Assembly: GCF_009914755.1 (NCBI RefSeq)
Contig: NC_060928.1
DNA length: 64,000 nt
Strand: one strand, 5' to 3'
DNA from: the human T2T-CHM13v2.0 reference genome, Homo sapiens
Shown here: positions 15,774-31,155 of the stretch, piece after piece
Layout: every line of letters begins with the position of its first letter
How positions within the stretch are numbered: the stretch's first letter is position 1
Notes under the pieces: generated by a model
The model's database searches: none
The model's input: only the letters and a program-made list of their open reading frames with translations
Told to the model about the DNA's origin: nothing
Position numbers and translations under genes: made by a program

Positions 15774-18184
15774 CTATAAAAAAAAAAGCAAAAATAGCTG
15801 AAGAAATGTCACTCAGTAGGTTCTTTCTTTTAAAACAATAATAATGAAAAATATCACCCATATCAATTTCATGCCTAACTCTTAAAAGTTATGTTAAACC
15901 ATATGAACAGGTAATACTGAAAAGTATACTGACACTAAACAAGTTAGCAACAATTTGATTCTGTGTAAATTAAATGAGCCTATCTATATTTATCTTGCCC
16001 TTTTCATTACATAACACGATATACTAATTTATCTGAAATAGTTGGGAGCTGGGAAAGAAGGTAACAAAGAAAACCAAGGACAAATAGACATTTTGGTTTT
16101 GGCTTTGTTTTTCAATTTATTTTAAGATGTATTACCCAAAATGAAGAGAAGAAAGAATTAAATAGTTCAATAACCCTAATAAAAACAGCATAGTTCACCA
16201 TAAAAATTGATGACTAGCAACTGAAAATGAAATTAGAAAAATCAGTGAATTGAGCTAAACCAGTTTTGAGTTAGAAACTATAATTCACTGCCCTATGAAT
16301 TAGTAATATCTGGTATAAATCTACTAACTATATTCTTGATCCATTTGAAATTTACCCATTAAACTTTATCCACTAAAAAGCAATCCATTAAAAAGCCTAG
16401 GAATGAAATCAATCAATAGAGTATGTACAAATGAATATTTTAATCCTTAAAACAAAAAATATATATAATAAGCATTAATACAATAAGGAAAGGCCTACAT
16501 GAACTGAAATATACCTAGATTTGAAAAATGCTCGTGAATGCCACTTGTGTGTATGTGCGTGTGTGTGTGTGCCTATATAAACACACACACAAAGATTTGC
16601 TTTTAAAGAACTGGAAATACATACATAATCTTCATATTTCTTAATATTTAAGGAGCTCTTTGTATTCTAACTACATAATATCCCTCAACTGATCTTTTTT
16701 TGTTCTTTCATAAAACCCAAATCAAAAGGCCATGTCTGGCTACTTACCACTGCTCACTATAAACCATATTCATATTTTCTGAGTGTAATAACTCTAAGAC
16801 TTTCAAATTCCATGCAATTTCACCCTAATAGCTATTCCGTTCCACTCCAAATTCTTTTCTTTTTCATTCTCATCCTTTCTCTTCTACCTTCTCTTTTCCA
16901 TGTCCACTTTCATACTTACCTTCTTTTGTGTTTTTGAAAAACCCAAGGTGGTTCTTAAGACTAAAACAATCACATGACATGATTTTGTCAAAGGATTATA
17001 TTTTATGAATAGTATTAGTATAACTATGCTAACAGAACAAATACAGTAGAATAAAAATTAAATAGAAAATCAGTAAAACGTTGGAGGGTAGTCACTGGCT
17101 AGAACTAGCAGAGAAGAAAAAGTAACGTATTCTCAAGGAATGAGCAAGAAACAAATTCATAAAATCCATGTTCTCATTCTGATACTAACAGAATATATCC
17201 TTAGGCATATCGTGCTACATCTGCAGGTCTTAGATATTATCTTCTAAAAGTGTATTCTAGGTATAATTTTTATTATTCTAAAATTTACTAACATTTAGAA
17301 ATTCATGACTTGTAATTGTACAATATATACTCTCTAAAATTCATACTGAATTCATATTTTACCAAAACTGTAAAACAGGGATACTAAATTTTTTCCAGCG
17401 AGGTAAAACAAACCAATATAAAACAGAAATATGAATCTAATTTAAAAGCATTTTCTTTCCATCAAAATAAAATGAAGACAAGTAGTCCAAAAGGAAGCAA
17501 TCAAATTCCACAAGACTATATTCTTGAGAGAAGGGCATGTGCCACGAAAAGGTAGGAGAATGATGACAAAAAGCAGAAACCTCAAATTTTTTTTTTATTT
17601 TGGTACAGAGGGTCCCACACCTAACTTCCCAAGCACAGCACAGAGAGATAAGACTCAAAGACTTACCCTAAATCTAGTAATGCACAAGAACAGTAGAACA
17701 GGAACAAATTTAAAGACAGATGGACCTCAGCTAGGAAGATTCAAAAAATTATCATGGAAGGAGGCAGAAGCAGCTTAGGATTTAAGAAGATGAAGAGAAC
17801 ATAACCATGACCTCTGTGGATAGGCAGCAAGTGATCAGCAAGAAGTACGATACTTCAAGAGATGCCACAGCCAAACAACACAAGCATATGTTCATTCCTC
17901 AGCTCTTATACCTAACATAACATTCTTGGAAACCCAACTAGAAATTTGACATAATACAAGAATAGGAAGGAAAGTGAGACCTCAAGTTGAGTGAGTTTTC
18001 ACTTAGATCATTTAACTTACAGAAAACTTCAAAATAGAAACTTAGTTAAAGAAGAAAATGAAGAAAATTACCTTTCTTGCTAGAAAAAAAGAAGTCAGTA
18101 ATTACAGAAGAACTAAAATTCTGTATATAAATCTTTAGATTAGTCATTTTACTTTTAAAAGTATCCACTGTCAGGAAAACGTCA

Positions 18185-19525
18185 AGAATGTCCCCTCTCA
18201 CCACTATCTTTCAACATCATTCTGGAAGTCCTGGCTAATGCAGTAAGACAAGAAAAGGATAAAAATTGAAAAAGAAGAAATAAAACTGTCTTTGTTGATG
18301 ACATAATCATCTATATAGAAAATCTTAAATAATCTACAAAAAATCCTGGAATAAGCAATAAATAGCAAGGTTACAGGATACAAGGTTAATATACAAAAGT
18401 CAACCACTTTCCTATGTATCAGTAATAACAAGTCACACACTGGGATAAAATCATTTGTAAAAGACATCTGATAAAGAATTGTGCAAAATATACAAATAAC
18501 TCTTAAAAGTCAACAAAAACAAACAATCACATTAAACAATGGGCCAAAGACTTTGACACCTCACCAAAGAAGATATACAAATGGCAAATAAGCATATGAA
18601 AGATTGTCCACATGTCACTGGGGAAAGGCAAATTAAGACTAGATACCATTAGACACCTATAAGAATGGCCAAAATCCAGTACACTGACATCACCTAATGC
18701 AAGGATGTGGTACAAGAATAAATGAAATCTCAGTCATTGCTGGTGGGAATGCAAAATGATACAGTCTCACTGGAAGACAGTTTGATGGTTCCTAACAAAA
18801 CTAAGCCTACTCTTACCACAAGATCCAGCAATTTCACTTTTTAGTGTTTAACCAAGGGAGTTGAAAACTTATGACCACTTAGAAATTTGCACATGGAGAT
18901 TTATAGCAGCTTTATTCATAAATGCCAAAACTTAGAAGCAAACAAAATGTCCTTCAGAAGGCGAATGGATAAATTGTGGTACAACCAGACAATGGAATAT
19001 TATTCAGCGCTAAAAAAAAAAAAGAGCTATCAAGCCATGAAAGGACATGGAGAAAATGTAAAAGTATATTACTAAGAGAAAGAAACTAATATGAAAGGTT
19101 ACATACTGTATGATTTCTACTATATGACATTTTGGAAAAGGCAAAACTATGGAGAAATGTAAAAAGATCCGTGTTTATAGGGGTTAGTGGGAATGGAGGG
19201 GAGCACAAAGGATTTTTAGGTCAATAAAACTACTCTGCATGAAACTATAATGATGAAGACACACCACTACACATTTGTCTAAACTCACAGAATGCACAAC
19301 ACCAGAGTGAACCCTAATGTAAACTATGGACTTTGGGTGATAATGATATGTCAAAGGAGGTTCATGCATTATAACACACATGCCAGTCTCGTGAAGAATG
19401 CTGACAAGAGAGAAGGCTATGAGTGTGTAGGGGAAAGGGAAATGTGGGAAATCTCTACCTTTTGATGAATTTTGCTGTGAATGTAAAACTGCTCTAAAAA
19501 GTAATGTCTTTTAAAAATTAGTAAT
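18185..19525 (+). mobile_element. L1MC1-like LINE: ORF2 end plus 3' UTR, internally deleted
   Basis: ORF2 text (ttcaacatcattctggaagtcctggc; gggaatgcaaaatgatacag) and the diagnostic 3' UTR gtgaaccctaatgtaaactatggactttgggtgataatg...aaaactgctctaaaaa. Confidence 0.85.
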
Positions 19526-21425
19526 AAAAAAGTATTTACTAGTACTATTTTTCTCAAATCCATTTGTTCTGATCCAAAACTGCAATGGGAAAGGATTTTT
19601 ATTACATAATTCAGACAAAATGCAAAACTCCACATGGATGAAATAGATAACAGCAGAAAGACCCATATATTAAGTAGGCAGGTAAAGGGTAAACATCATT
19701 TAGATTTTATTTTCATTATATACAGAAACTTTTAATTACATTGTCAAATCAGAAATTGTGCCATTTAGATTTCACAAAGATTTTAAGTAGCATTATTGGG
19801 GTTAGACTGAAAACCAGTTAAAGTTAGTATAACTATCAAAACTTAACCACACTAAAAATTTGTAATCTAAACTTATCTTGGTATGTCACAGGAAATATTT
19901 CTTTTCAATTAAAAACAAATTAGACATGAAGGTACATATATAATTGAAGAAGTTCAGTGTTTTATGGAGGCTCAGAAACTCAAATTTATTACTAGTAATA
20001 CATTATGCTTCTGGTTTTCTCGAGGATCATCTATAAACCCATATTTGTTAACCTTCAGTAATTATTACATAATAACCTGAAATAAAATGTTCTCATTAAT
20101 TTTTTCAAATTGGCTAAAATTAGGAATAAAATGAAAATACAAACCTTATACTTTTGGTTATTGTTAAAAATTATCACAAATCTCAGGAATATCATTATGT
20201 TTTCATTTCTCTATAATACAGTCCTAATTACTAATTATTACCATTTAATAAAATACCAAATGCCAGATATACAAATGCATACTAAAAAGAATAGCCTATA
20301 TAAAAAGAATCTGAAGCCCATGAGAATATTTTTTCAATTTGTTTATAATCCAGGTGTTAGTCAAAGCCAACAAGTTTTCTCCATACTAAAACATTCTCTA
20401 CAGTAATTCACAGAAGTTGCCAAAACTAAAAAGAATATTCCTGAACTATGCTATCCTAAACCATTTTTCTCCACTTCAGAAACAATTATCAAGGAAGGTG
20501 TTAGTCTAAACAATTTCATAAACCACAGCTCAATATAACCCTTAGTGAGTTTTAATAGTTAAAAGAAAAGCTTAATGGTCATCGTCTTTCATGATCGTTT
20601 CAATATTTCATCACAGTATTTACAATTATACAGTGATGCAAAATGCATAGTACATTTAAAGGTCTTGGTTATCCTTCTCCCAGAGGTACTGATGAAAAAC
20701 ATGTTAAAAGCCTCAAATCCAACCACTAATGCAACTAAGTAATTTCAAAACACATTTCAGCACTTTGGAGAGGAAGAACTCAAAACAAAACAAGAGAGTC
20801 AATAATTTCATACCTGTTCCTAAGCTGTATTTAATTGACTATCACTTCCTAAGGCCATAATTGTTGACTAGTCAATTTTTACTAAAATATACTCTTAGCT
20901 TACTGATGCTTTTAAGTCACACAACAAAAACAGTGAAGATAATACATATTAGTGAAATCTACTACATAGATCTCCACCAAATTTCAAGACTGTATTCTTG
21001 GTGGTAAAAGTTAGTTAGGGCAACAAAAGACTTCATTAACCTAACATTATCTATTCCTGCCTATCCTCAACAAATAAATATAAAGAAAAAGATACCAATT
21101 AACACACTATGCATTCAAATTATTGTAATAAAATTCTAATTTCTTTAGACATGAACTTGACAGTTTTCTATAAATAATCTCCTAGAACGTATTTTAGTGA
21201 CGAATACACTAAATAAATTTATCTCAATTTTAAAAGTAATTCCCAAATATTAGCATGTTCTAAAGCAGAAAAAATCAGGCCACAGATTAAAAAGATTACA
21301 TATAATCTACTCTGCTATCATTTTATTTTGTCAAGCCATGAATACTGATTAACATTAAATATAGTAGCATTTGATTCTGGTGGGCAGATCTTTAACATAA
21401 CTTTTAGTATTAAAAAATTTTTTTT

Positions 21426-22045
<620 letters not shown>

Positions 22046-22539
22046 TTAAACATAGTAAATCTGAGAATAAAGAGGGGGCAACAGTACATGAGATACATTA
22101 AGAAATTTATTTTACAACCTGGAAACACATGAGTTAGTAGTAATAAATGCACTTAGAGGACCAAAGAAAACAAAACTCTACACAACAAAGTAGAGGAATC
22201 AACATGAGGAAGGAAATCAATGCTTGTCACAAAAACTCCAGAAAAGCTAGGAATTGAAGGCACTGAGTACATACGAAGGTGGCTGAGGGAAAGAGATGCA
22301 AGTTGGCATAAAAAGAAAGTTAGAATCCCACATCTTCTCCCTATGCTGTGTAGCCATCCTACCATGGTAAACATTGGAAGTTTATTTTCCAGAAAAGTTA
22401 TAATTAAGGAAATTATTAAAAAGCTATAATGAAAAAGGCAAGATAAATTGAAAGTATACAAACTGGACTATGACATTGTGAGTGATATTTGAAAACTTTT
22501 CTGAGAAAATTGAGAAGCTAGGATAAAAGGTAATCCTCT

Positions 22540-22830
22540 ACAAATAACAAAGGGAACTCATGCATCACCAGTGGACAACTCATACCCAGACATATAGATT
22601 TTCTCTGTGTTATGCTTAGGAATGAGCAAATTGCCAAAGTTAACCAGACATTTGAGGAAACCCTCTTCTGTGATGACAGACACCAAAGCAAACAGGCAGA
22701 GGAGAAAAACGACTCATAGAAAACAGACAATATTGTTAAGAGGGTGAGGAAAAGAAGATTAAAGAAAAGTATAATTAAATATCATAGGAAAATTTTTTTA
22801 AATTTCATCTAAAATATCAAGATAGGGATT
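22540..22830 (+). mobile_element. HAL1/old L1-like remnant (similar sequence resumes at ~29420-29560)
   Basis: A-rich text with accagacatttgaggaaa, and downstream gacaaccagactagattggaatagg resembling recalled HAL1. Confidence 0.4.
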
Positions 22831-22847
22831 TTATCAAGTGCTGTCTC

Positions 22848-23157
22848 CTTTTTTTTTTTTTTTTTTTTGAGACACAGTCTCACTCTGTCACCCAGGCTGG
22901 AGAGCAGTGGCGCAATCTCGGCTCACTGCAACCTCCGCCTCTGGGTTCAAGCAACTCTCCTGCGTCAGCTTTCCGAGTAGCTAGGACTACAGGTGTGCAT
23001 CACCACACTCACCTAATTTTTTATTATTATTATTTTTAGTAGAGATGGGTTTTCACCATGTTGGCTAGGCTGGTCTCGAACTCCTGACCTCAAGTAATCC
23101 ACCCGCCTCGGCTTCCCAAAGTGCTGGGATTACAGGAGTGAGCCACCATGCCCGGCC
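22848..23157 (-). mobile_element. AluS-type SINE
   Basis: Reverse Alu. TSD tatcaagtgctgtctc / tatcaactgctatttc. Confidence 0.92.
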
Positions 23158-23830
23158 TATCAACTGCTATTTCTATGCCCCGGTATTAATCAGGATTCTT
23201 CAGAGACACAGAACGAATGGGAAGAGAGAGAGACAGAGAGAGACACAGACAGAGAGACACAGAGACAGAGAGAGAAAGAGAGAAGAGATTATAAGGAACT
23301 GACTCACACAATTACATTGGCTAACAAGTGCCAATATCTACAGGATGAGTCAGCAAGACCAATGGCACAGTCTGAAGGTCAGCAGCCTCTAGACCCAGGA
23401 AGAGACAAATTTGAATCCAAAAGTGAGAAAAAACTAAAGTCATAATTAGAAGGCAGTTAGGCAGAAGAAATTCTCTCTACTGGGGGAAGAGTCAGCCTTT
23501 TGGTTTTATTCAGGCATTCAGCTGATTGGATAATGCCCAACACTAACAGGGAGGGCAATCTTTTTTACTCAGTCTACCAATTTAAACTTAAATTTCATCC
23601 AGAAAAGACTCTCACAGATACAGCTAGAATAACATTTGACCAAATATCTAAACAGCCTGTGACCCAAATGACACACAAATTAACCATCACAAGTCCACCC
23701 CTTGTCAGCTTGGCACTCATATACATCTCCTCAAACCACATTTCATTACCAAATGAAGATTAATAACAAGGTTATAATTCTACCTAACATGATACAACTA
23801 TTCTGTATACAACCAAAACCATTCTAAACC

Positions 23831-24290
23831 TGTGACAGTCAATTTTATGTGTCAACTTGACAGGACTAACAAATGCCCAGGGAGCTGATAAAACATGATT
23901 TCTGGTTGTGTCTGTGAGGTTGTTCCACAACAGATCAGCATTTGAAGTGGTAAAGAAGATCTACCTTCACCGGTGTGAGTCAGCATCAATCACCCGATTT
24001 GTTGAGGGCCCGAATAAAATGAAAAGGCAGAGGAAGTGGGAGTTCATCTGTTTCTGTTGGGAAAGACATCCTCTTCACTTGCCCTCACATTAGCACTCCA
24101 GGGTCTCAGGACTTCAGACTCAGACTGGGACTTACACCATTGGTTTTCCCGGGCCTTTAAGTTTTAGACAGCAGATCATGGGACCTCTCAGCCTCCATAA
24201 TTGCATGAGCCAATCCCTCATAATAAATTTCTTTGTCTGTATCTATATATATCCTATTGGTTCTATTTCTCTGGAGAACCCTAATATAAA
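23831..24290 (+). mobile_element. MLT2 solo LTR nested in opposite orientation inside the ERV-L
   Basis: Begins tgtgacagtcaattttatgtgtcaacttgac; ends gtgagcc-like...ataataaattt...ggttctatttctctggagaaccctaata. Confidence 0.85.
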
Positions 24291-24482
24291 CCCATTCCCC
24301 ACCTTAGCTGATATGTATACTTTCCTAATATCCCATAATTTACATATTTACATACTAGGATGTACAGTTAACAATATGATCTACAGTTAACAATACTTAA
24401 ATACTATGGTGTTGATATTATAAACTCAATACATCTTAAGTTGCATGGTGAGGGATTAAAAGAGGAAAGAAAACAAAGATTT

Positions 24483-24518
<36 letters not shown>

Positions 24519-27500
24519 AACACATATACACACACAAAATAAGAAAGAAATGTAACAATTACATTTCTTGTTCTGTAAATGGTCATGTGATCACAGTTGG
24601 TATCTACAACTACCTTTTTTCACTGCCTATTCTGTATTCCCTTTGTCTTCAGCAAGCACCTCAGCTGGTCCTGGTACTGTACCTAATAGGGTGACCCAAA
24701 GCTTCATTCCTGAAGGGTCTGGGCTGCTTTAGTAGTCCTACCTGGATTGTATTACCAGTGCTCCTCAACTTAATCACACAGTATGGTAATACTAAGATAT
24801 GCACTGAGGAATCTCTTGTATTCTAGACATACTCTTCCTTACTTTTATTGTGGTATAGTTCAATTTCCCCACAGTAGTCAGGATCAATCACTACTCTTAG
24901 CATGATAACTCCATTTTTGCCTGAGGATTCAGAGGCAGGAGGAGCCCAAAGTGGCTGGGAAGCAATCTTAACTTCCGGTTCAATGGAATCATTGTTGTGC
25001 CTCCTGGTGGAAGCATTTCTCCCTTTGGAAGTAAGACCTCTAGGCCAGCAGACTGTAAGATCACAGGAACAGGAAGCAAAACTTTTGCTATTGGGTCACT
25101 AGAGGTAATAACAAGTGGTAACACTCCCATTTCTACCTGTTGATTCCTGGACCAATGAATCCTACCTGTGGGGAGAAACAGCACCATATACTGGATGCTG
25201 ATTCAGTACACATATATCCTTCTGGAAAACCTTGTCCCAGCCATATAAGGTATTGCCACCTACATTCAGTTCTATCAAGCCAGCTGCTTGAGGATGGTGG
25301 GGAACATAGCAAGGCCAGTGAATTCCATGAGCATTCATTTGCTGTGAAATAGATTTCTTAATCAGAAGCAATGCTAAGCAATACAATGAAGGTTGATAAA
25401 GCATTCTGTGAATCCACAGATGGTAGTCTGGGCAGAAGTACGGCATGCAGGGAAGATAAATTTGTATCCAGAGTGAGTGTCTACTCTGATAAGAACAAAA
25501 TGCTGCCCCTTCTATGATGGAAGGGGTCAAATGCAATCAACTTGCTACCAGGTAACAGGTTGATCATCCTAGGGAACAGTGCCTTATCAGGGACTTACTG
25601 TTGGTCTCCACTGCCAGCAGATTTGACACTCAGCAGTGGCCACAGCCAGGTTGGCTTGCTGAGTGGAAGTTCAGGTTGCTGAGTCCTTGGATAACCTCCA
25701 TCCCTGCCACCATGGCCACCTTGTTCATGAGCTCACTGGGCACTGGTGGGCGGCTGGGGAAAGAGGCTGACTAGTATCCACAGAACAGGTGTTCCCAGCC
25801 ACTTTAGTATTAAAATTATCCTCTGTTGAAGTCACCCTTCAGTGAGCATTCACATAGGACACAAATACACAGTATTCAGATTTTTTCTCCCATTCATAGA
25901 CATCTATACACATACCTCTTCCCCTAAACTTTTTTTGTCAACAATTTTCTACTCATGTCCCTTCCAAGTCTCTGACCATCCAGACAAACCAATAGCCACA
26001 GCCCATGAATTAATAATCACATTTATCCTTCCAAAAAAAGTAAACAATCAGGTACACTCCTCAAAGTTCTGTCCACTGAGAAGATTATTCTTCACTACAG
26101 TCCATCAGGGATGTCCCAAAAAAGGGCTGTAGTGCTCCAACTGTTCACTTTCAGGTGGTGCCTGCATATTGTCAGAACAATCTATACACCAGGCCCAAGT
26201 CTTCTCCTCTGGCAACTGATCACAGGACTCACCAAGAGACCATAGGTACGGGCTGGCAAAGAGAAGGTAGTGTAGCAGAACTGAGGACCATAGGATATTT
26301 GGGCCACTTCATGCAACTTACTTGTGTTTTCAAGCATTGCTTGGGCCTGATCACATGTACATCACTTCGATTTGATGACAGAGTGCTTCTGTGCATGTAC
26401 AACTTGATGGCTTAGTAGGACAGATAACATTCAGTTCATAATAAGCAGCTCAGTCACTTGTTAATTTGGTGGCCCAGTGTTAACTGTTCAGTCTCTACTT
26501 AAACCTAGTGACAGGCCAAGAGTTGTTTCTCAAAAGGAGAATATTTGTCTGGGAAGGATGTCAGGGCCTTGCTCCAAAATCCTATGGGTTTGCATTGCAA
26601 TTTACCTAAAGGGGCCCGTCAAAGGCTCCAAATAGCATCCCCATCTGCCACTGACACTTGAAGCACCATTAGATCTCCTGGAGCCTATGGCTTGCACAGC
26701 AGCCTGAACCTGTTACAGAGCCTTCTCTTGTTCTGAGTTCTACTCAGAACTATCAGCTTTTCAGGTAACTCAGAAAATGGGACAGAGTAACATATCCAAA
26801 TAAGGAATACGTTGCCTCTAAAATCCATAGAGTCTACAGCCATACCACCCTGAAAATGCCCAATCTCATCTAAAAGCCATAAACGGTCACTAGCATGTAC
26901 CTTTTTGGTTATAGGAGGGGCCAGATACAACTTATTCTTCACCTAAGAAGGGGTATCTCGACATGTCCCACAACACTGGAGCCCTAGAAATTTCACTGAG
27001 GTGGATTTACCTTCCAACTTCTGACATGCAAATGCCTTACCAAAAAGTCTGGTAGTTACAACTTCTTGCTCACTAAGTGGAACCAGCATAATGTCATCAA
27101 TGTAATGGACGACTGTGATTTCTCTGTGGAAGTGAAAAGTGATAAAGATCCATGCAAACTAAATTATGACATACAGCTAGAAAGCCAGATACTCCTGACA
27201 TAGAGCAGTTAAGGGACACTGCTAGCCTTGCTAGCTGAAAGAAAACGACTTCTAGTGGTCCTTATTGACAAGTATGGAGAAAAAAAGGCATTTGTCACGT
27301 CTATTAGGTGCCAGGGAATGTGTCAATTTGCTCAAGCATTGAAACCACATCTGGTACAGCAGCAGTACTTGGAGTTACCACCTGGTTATGCTTATAATAA
27401 TACACTGTCATTCTCAAAGATTCATGTGTCTTCTGCATAGGCCAAATAGGCAAGTGAGATGAATATATGCTGGAAATTACCACACCTGTGTCAAATCCTT

Positions 27501-27952
27501 GATGGAGGAAAATCCTTCCAGAAATACAGTATTGCTTTTGGCTTATAATTTTCTTAGGTAGAGGCAGTTCAGTGGCTTCCACCTGGGGCCTTTCCCATCA
27601 TAATAACCCTCACTCAATAGGTCAGGAAACCAATGTGGAGACACTGCCAATTTCTGAGTATGTCTATTCCAACTATGCATTCCAGAACTTGGGAAATAAT
27701 GACAAGATGAATTCGAAGACTCACTAGGCCTATTGTGAGAGAGTGCTCACCTAAAACTCTATTGATCATCTGGCCCCCATAAGCTTCCCTGATATTTTAG
27801 GTCTCTTGGACTCATTGTCACTTCAGAGCCAAAGTCCAATAATCTGATTATTTCCTTTTCCCCAGTGAACAGTAACCCTGGTAAAAGGTCACAGGTCCCT
27901 TTGAAGAAGAGTGAGGAAAAGATTAACAGTATAAATTTTGGTGGCACACCAG

Positions 27953-28642
27953 TGTATAGAGCACCCTTGACATAACATAGACATCTTTCTATCTTAGAAA
28001 AAGACTCCATTTTATATTTCATGGAGCATTTTGCCAACAAGGATGTTTTGTTTAATTAAAAAAATAAATCAAAACCTAAAAATTGCATCCAACCAGATGA
28101 GGATACAACAGACACATTCTTCCACTATCAGTTCTGACCAGAGGACTCTGTGACTATGAAAGATTAGGCCTTCAACATCTTGCAGTCACTTGTGATAAGA
28201 ATTTGGCATCTGCTGACAAAGGATCTACCACCTCAAAGACTTGTCGTTGTAAGACTGACTGACCACCCAGCCGAGACCAGGACTCCTTTTGTCTTCTTCG
28301 CTCCCCAAGGACTGGTTTATTAACCCTTTCTCCTATCTCTTTTCCCTCTCGATGTTAAAATGTTACTTTGTTGTGGAATGTTTAACTTATAATATTTATA
28401 CATTGATTAAATATACTATTATGTATGGTTTGCAATACTGACTGACTTGTAGAATGGCTTCAGCCTGTGTGCCCACAGCTCTGACTACTGAGTGAACGGG
28501 AAGTATAAGGATAATTGCCTCATTGAGAAATCCATGTAGCTTGTGGCTTTTGTGATTAAAATGCATCAATAAAAGCCTGACATTGTGAAAAGACACATAT
28601 ATGTGTGGACCTGGTTACTTCTAACCTTGTACTGGTCATGAG
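27953..28642 (+). mobile_element. ~690 bp solo LTR (ERVL class, possibly MER76-like) nested at the ERV-L gag/pro junction
   Basis: ERV-L sequence breaks at ~27952 and resumes at ~28643. The insert has AATAAA near its 3' end (28568). The family name is uncertain. Confidence 0.65.
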
Positions 28643-29360
28643 AAAATGAGTCCTTCCTCAAGGGGACCCAGCTTCCCCTTCCTTCACAAAGTTCTGGTCC
28701 TGTAAATTGGCTCAACTTGGGAAATTGATTGAGGGGCCATGACTCACTGCTTTTATGATTAAAGTTAGGTATTTGTTCACTTGATCTAGAACTTTTCTGC
28801 GTATACAGGTAAAATAAAAAAATTAATAGGCATACTATCTACTTCTCCCCTACATACACCATGATCAATTCACCAATGTCATAGATCTGCTCCAGTCAAA
28901 TCAGCATCACAGTTCTGCTTGCTGCTTTGACTCTGCTGTCCATTATGGTGACCACATTCAACTTGCCTTTGGTGACTGAATGCCACCACTTGGCTCCTGC
29001 CAGCTCAGGATCCAATTACTCCCAATGCGTTCAGGTTTTCTAATTGACCAGCTGTAGTTCCTACCATAAGGTCTGATCTACAAAGAAGGGTAGTCGTAGA
29101 GCTCTTCAAGAAAGCTGAGCCTCCCTTTAAAAATTTATTTCTCACAGTACACGGAAGTGTATCTTCAAGACCCTGCAGTGTGAGTAAGTAGGTCTTACAT
29201 TATAAATCTACTCCAAAGTTCCAATCTCCCCAAATTATTTTATTTATTTAGAGACAAAGCCTTACTACATCCCCAGTGCTAAAACAGTGACCAGTACATA
29301 TGAATTAGTGATCCACAAATGTTCAATCAACATACATTTCTAAAAGGAAGTCTGCAATGG

Positions 29361-29362
<2 letters not shown>

Positions 29363-29404
<42 letters not shown>
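29363..29404. repeat. (CA)21 microsatellite
   Basis: Perfect CA run read directly. Confidence 0.97.
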
Positions 29405-29406
<2 letters not shown>

Positions 29407-29707
29407 GATTGCAGCATAAGAGAGGAAAGAGGGAAATTCTAGGCTGATGATAAAAGAAGCGTCTAACATAAAAGCTTCCTATAGATCTAAAGGACAACCA
29501 GACTAGATTGGAATAGGAAAAAGGGGACTCTAGGTGCTATATTTCCAAGCAAAACAATTGAACCAATAAATATCCAGTGGGTTTAACCACTTTTTCCAAT
29601 GCGTTTTATGATTACAGAGAAAAATTTAAAGATCAATTTGTGGTGAGTGCACAGAAATATAAGTAAAGGAAAAAGGACAAAATCATTAGTTCTACAAGAA
29701 AGAATGA

Positions 29708-29860
29708 AAAAAAAAAAAAAAAAAAAAAGACCAGCAAGCAAGAGAGGGGAGAGGAAGGACGAGTAAGGGAAGAGAGGAGGAGGGAAAAGAGAAGAAGGAG
29801 CAGAGAAGAGAGAGGAGGGCAGAAGAGGAGAAAAGAGGGGAGAAAAAAAAGAAAGAAAAA
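29708..29860. repeat. Poly-A plus GA-rich low-complexity tract
   Basis: A-run followed by a purine-rich gag/gaa/gga mixture. Confidence 0.85.
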
Positions 29861-30070
29861 TATGTAATTCATAGTACATTTTTTAGCTCTGGCATAAATA
29901 CATGATAATAACGTAAATACTAAGTATGGTTTTAACAAATGTTATTATGAAAGTATATTAGAAAGAAGCAGGAGAGTGAAAGTTAAAAGGAGAGGAGTTT
30001 AAGTACTCAATGGTCGTCTTTCACAAAAGATTAATGTTCAAAGTTTAAAAATCAAGAAACAGTAATTCAT

Positions 30071-31155
<1,085 letters not shown>

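Larger units (their letters stand above)
23180..29230 (-). mobile_element. Decayed ERV-L (HERV-L/ERVL-type) provirus: MLT2 3' LTR (~23180-23692), dUTPase, integrase, RNase H, RT, protease and partial gag; 5' part missing
   Basis: RT PIWPMQKT..MTV..KHNQVVTP..AAVPDVVS.LEQI (27304-27582); VHYIDDIML with YIDD at 27093-27104; integrase AHGIHW..VPHHPQAAGLIE (25162-25536); dUTPase SAGLEVL.P.G.MLPPG.TTMIPLN.KLRL.P.HFGLLLP (24897-25187). Many stops and frameshifts. Confidence 0.92.

Noticed and set aside
24897-27582. Functional retroviral pol/dUTPase gene
   Set aside because: Fragmented by stops, frameshifts and deletions, and the 5' LTR is absent.
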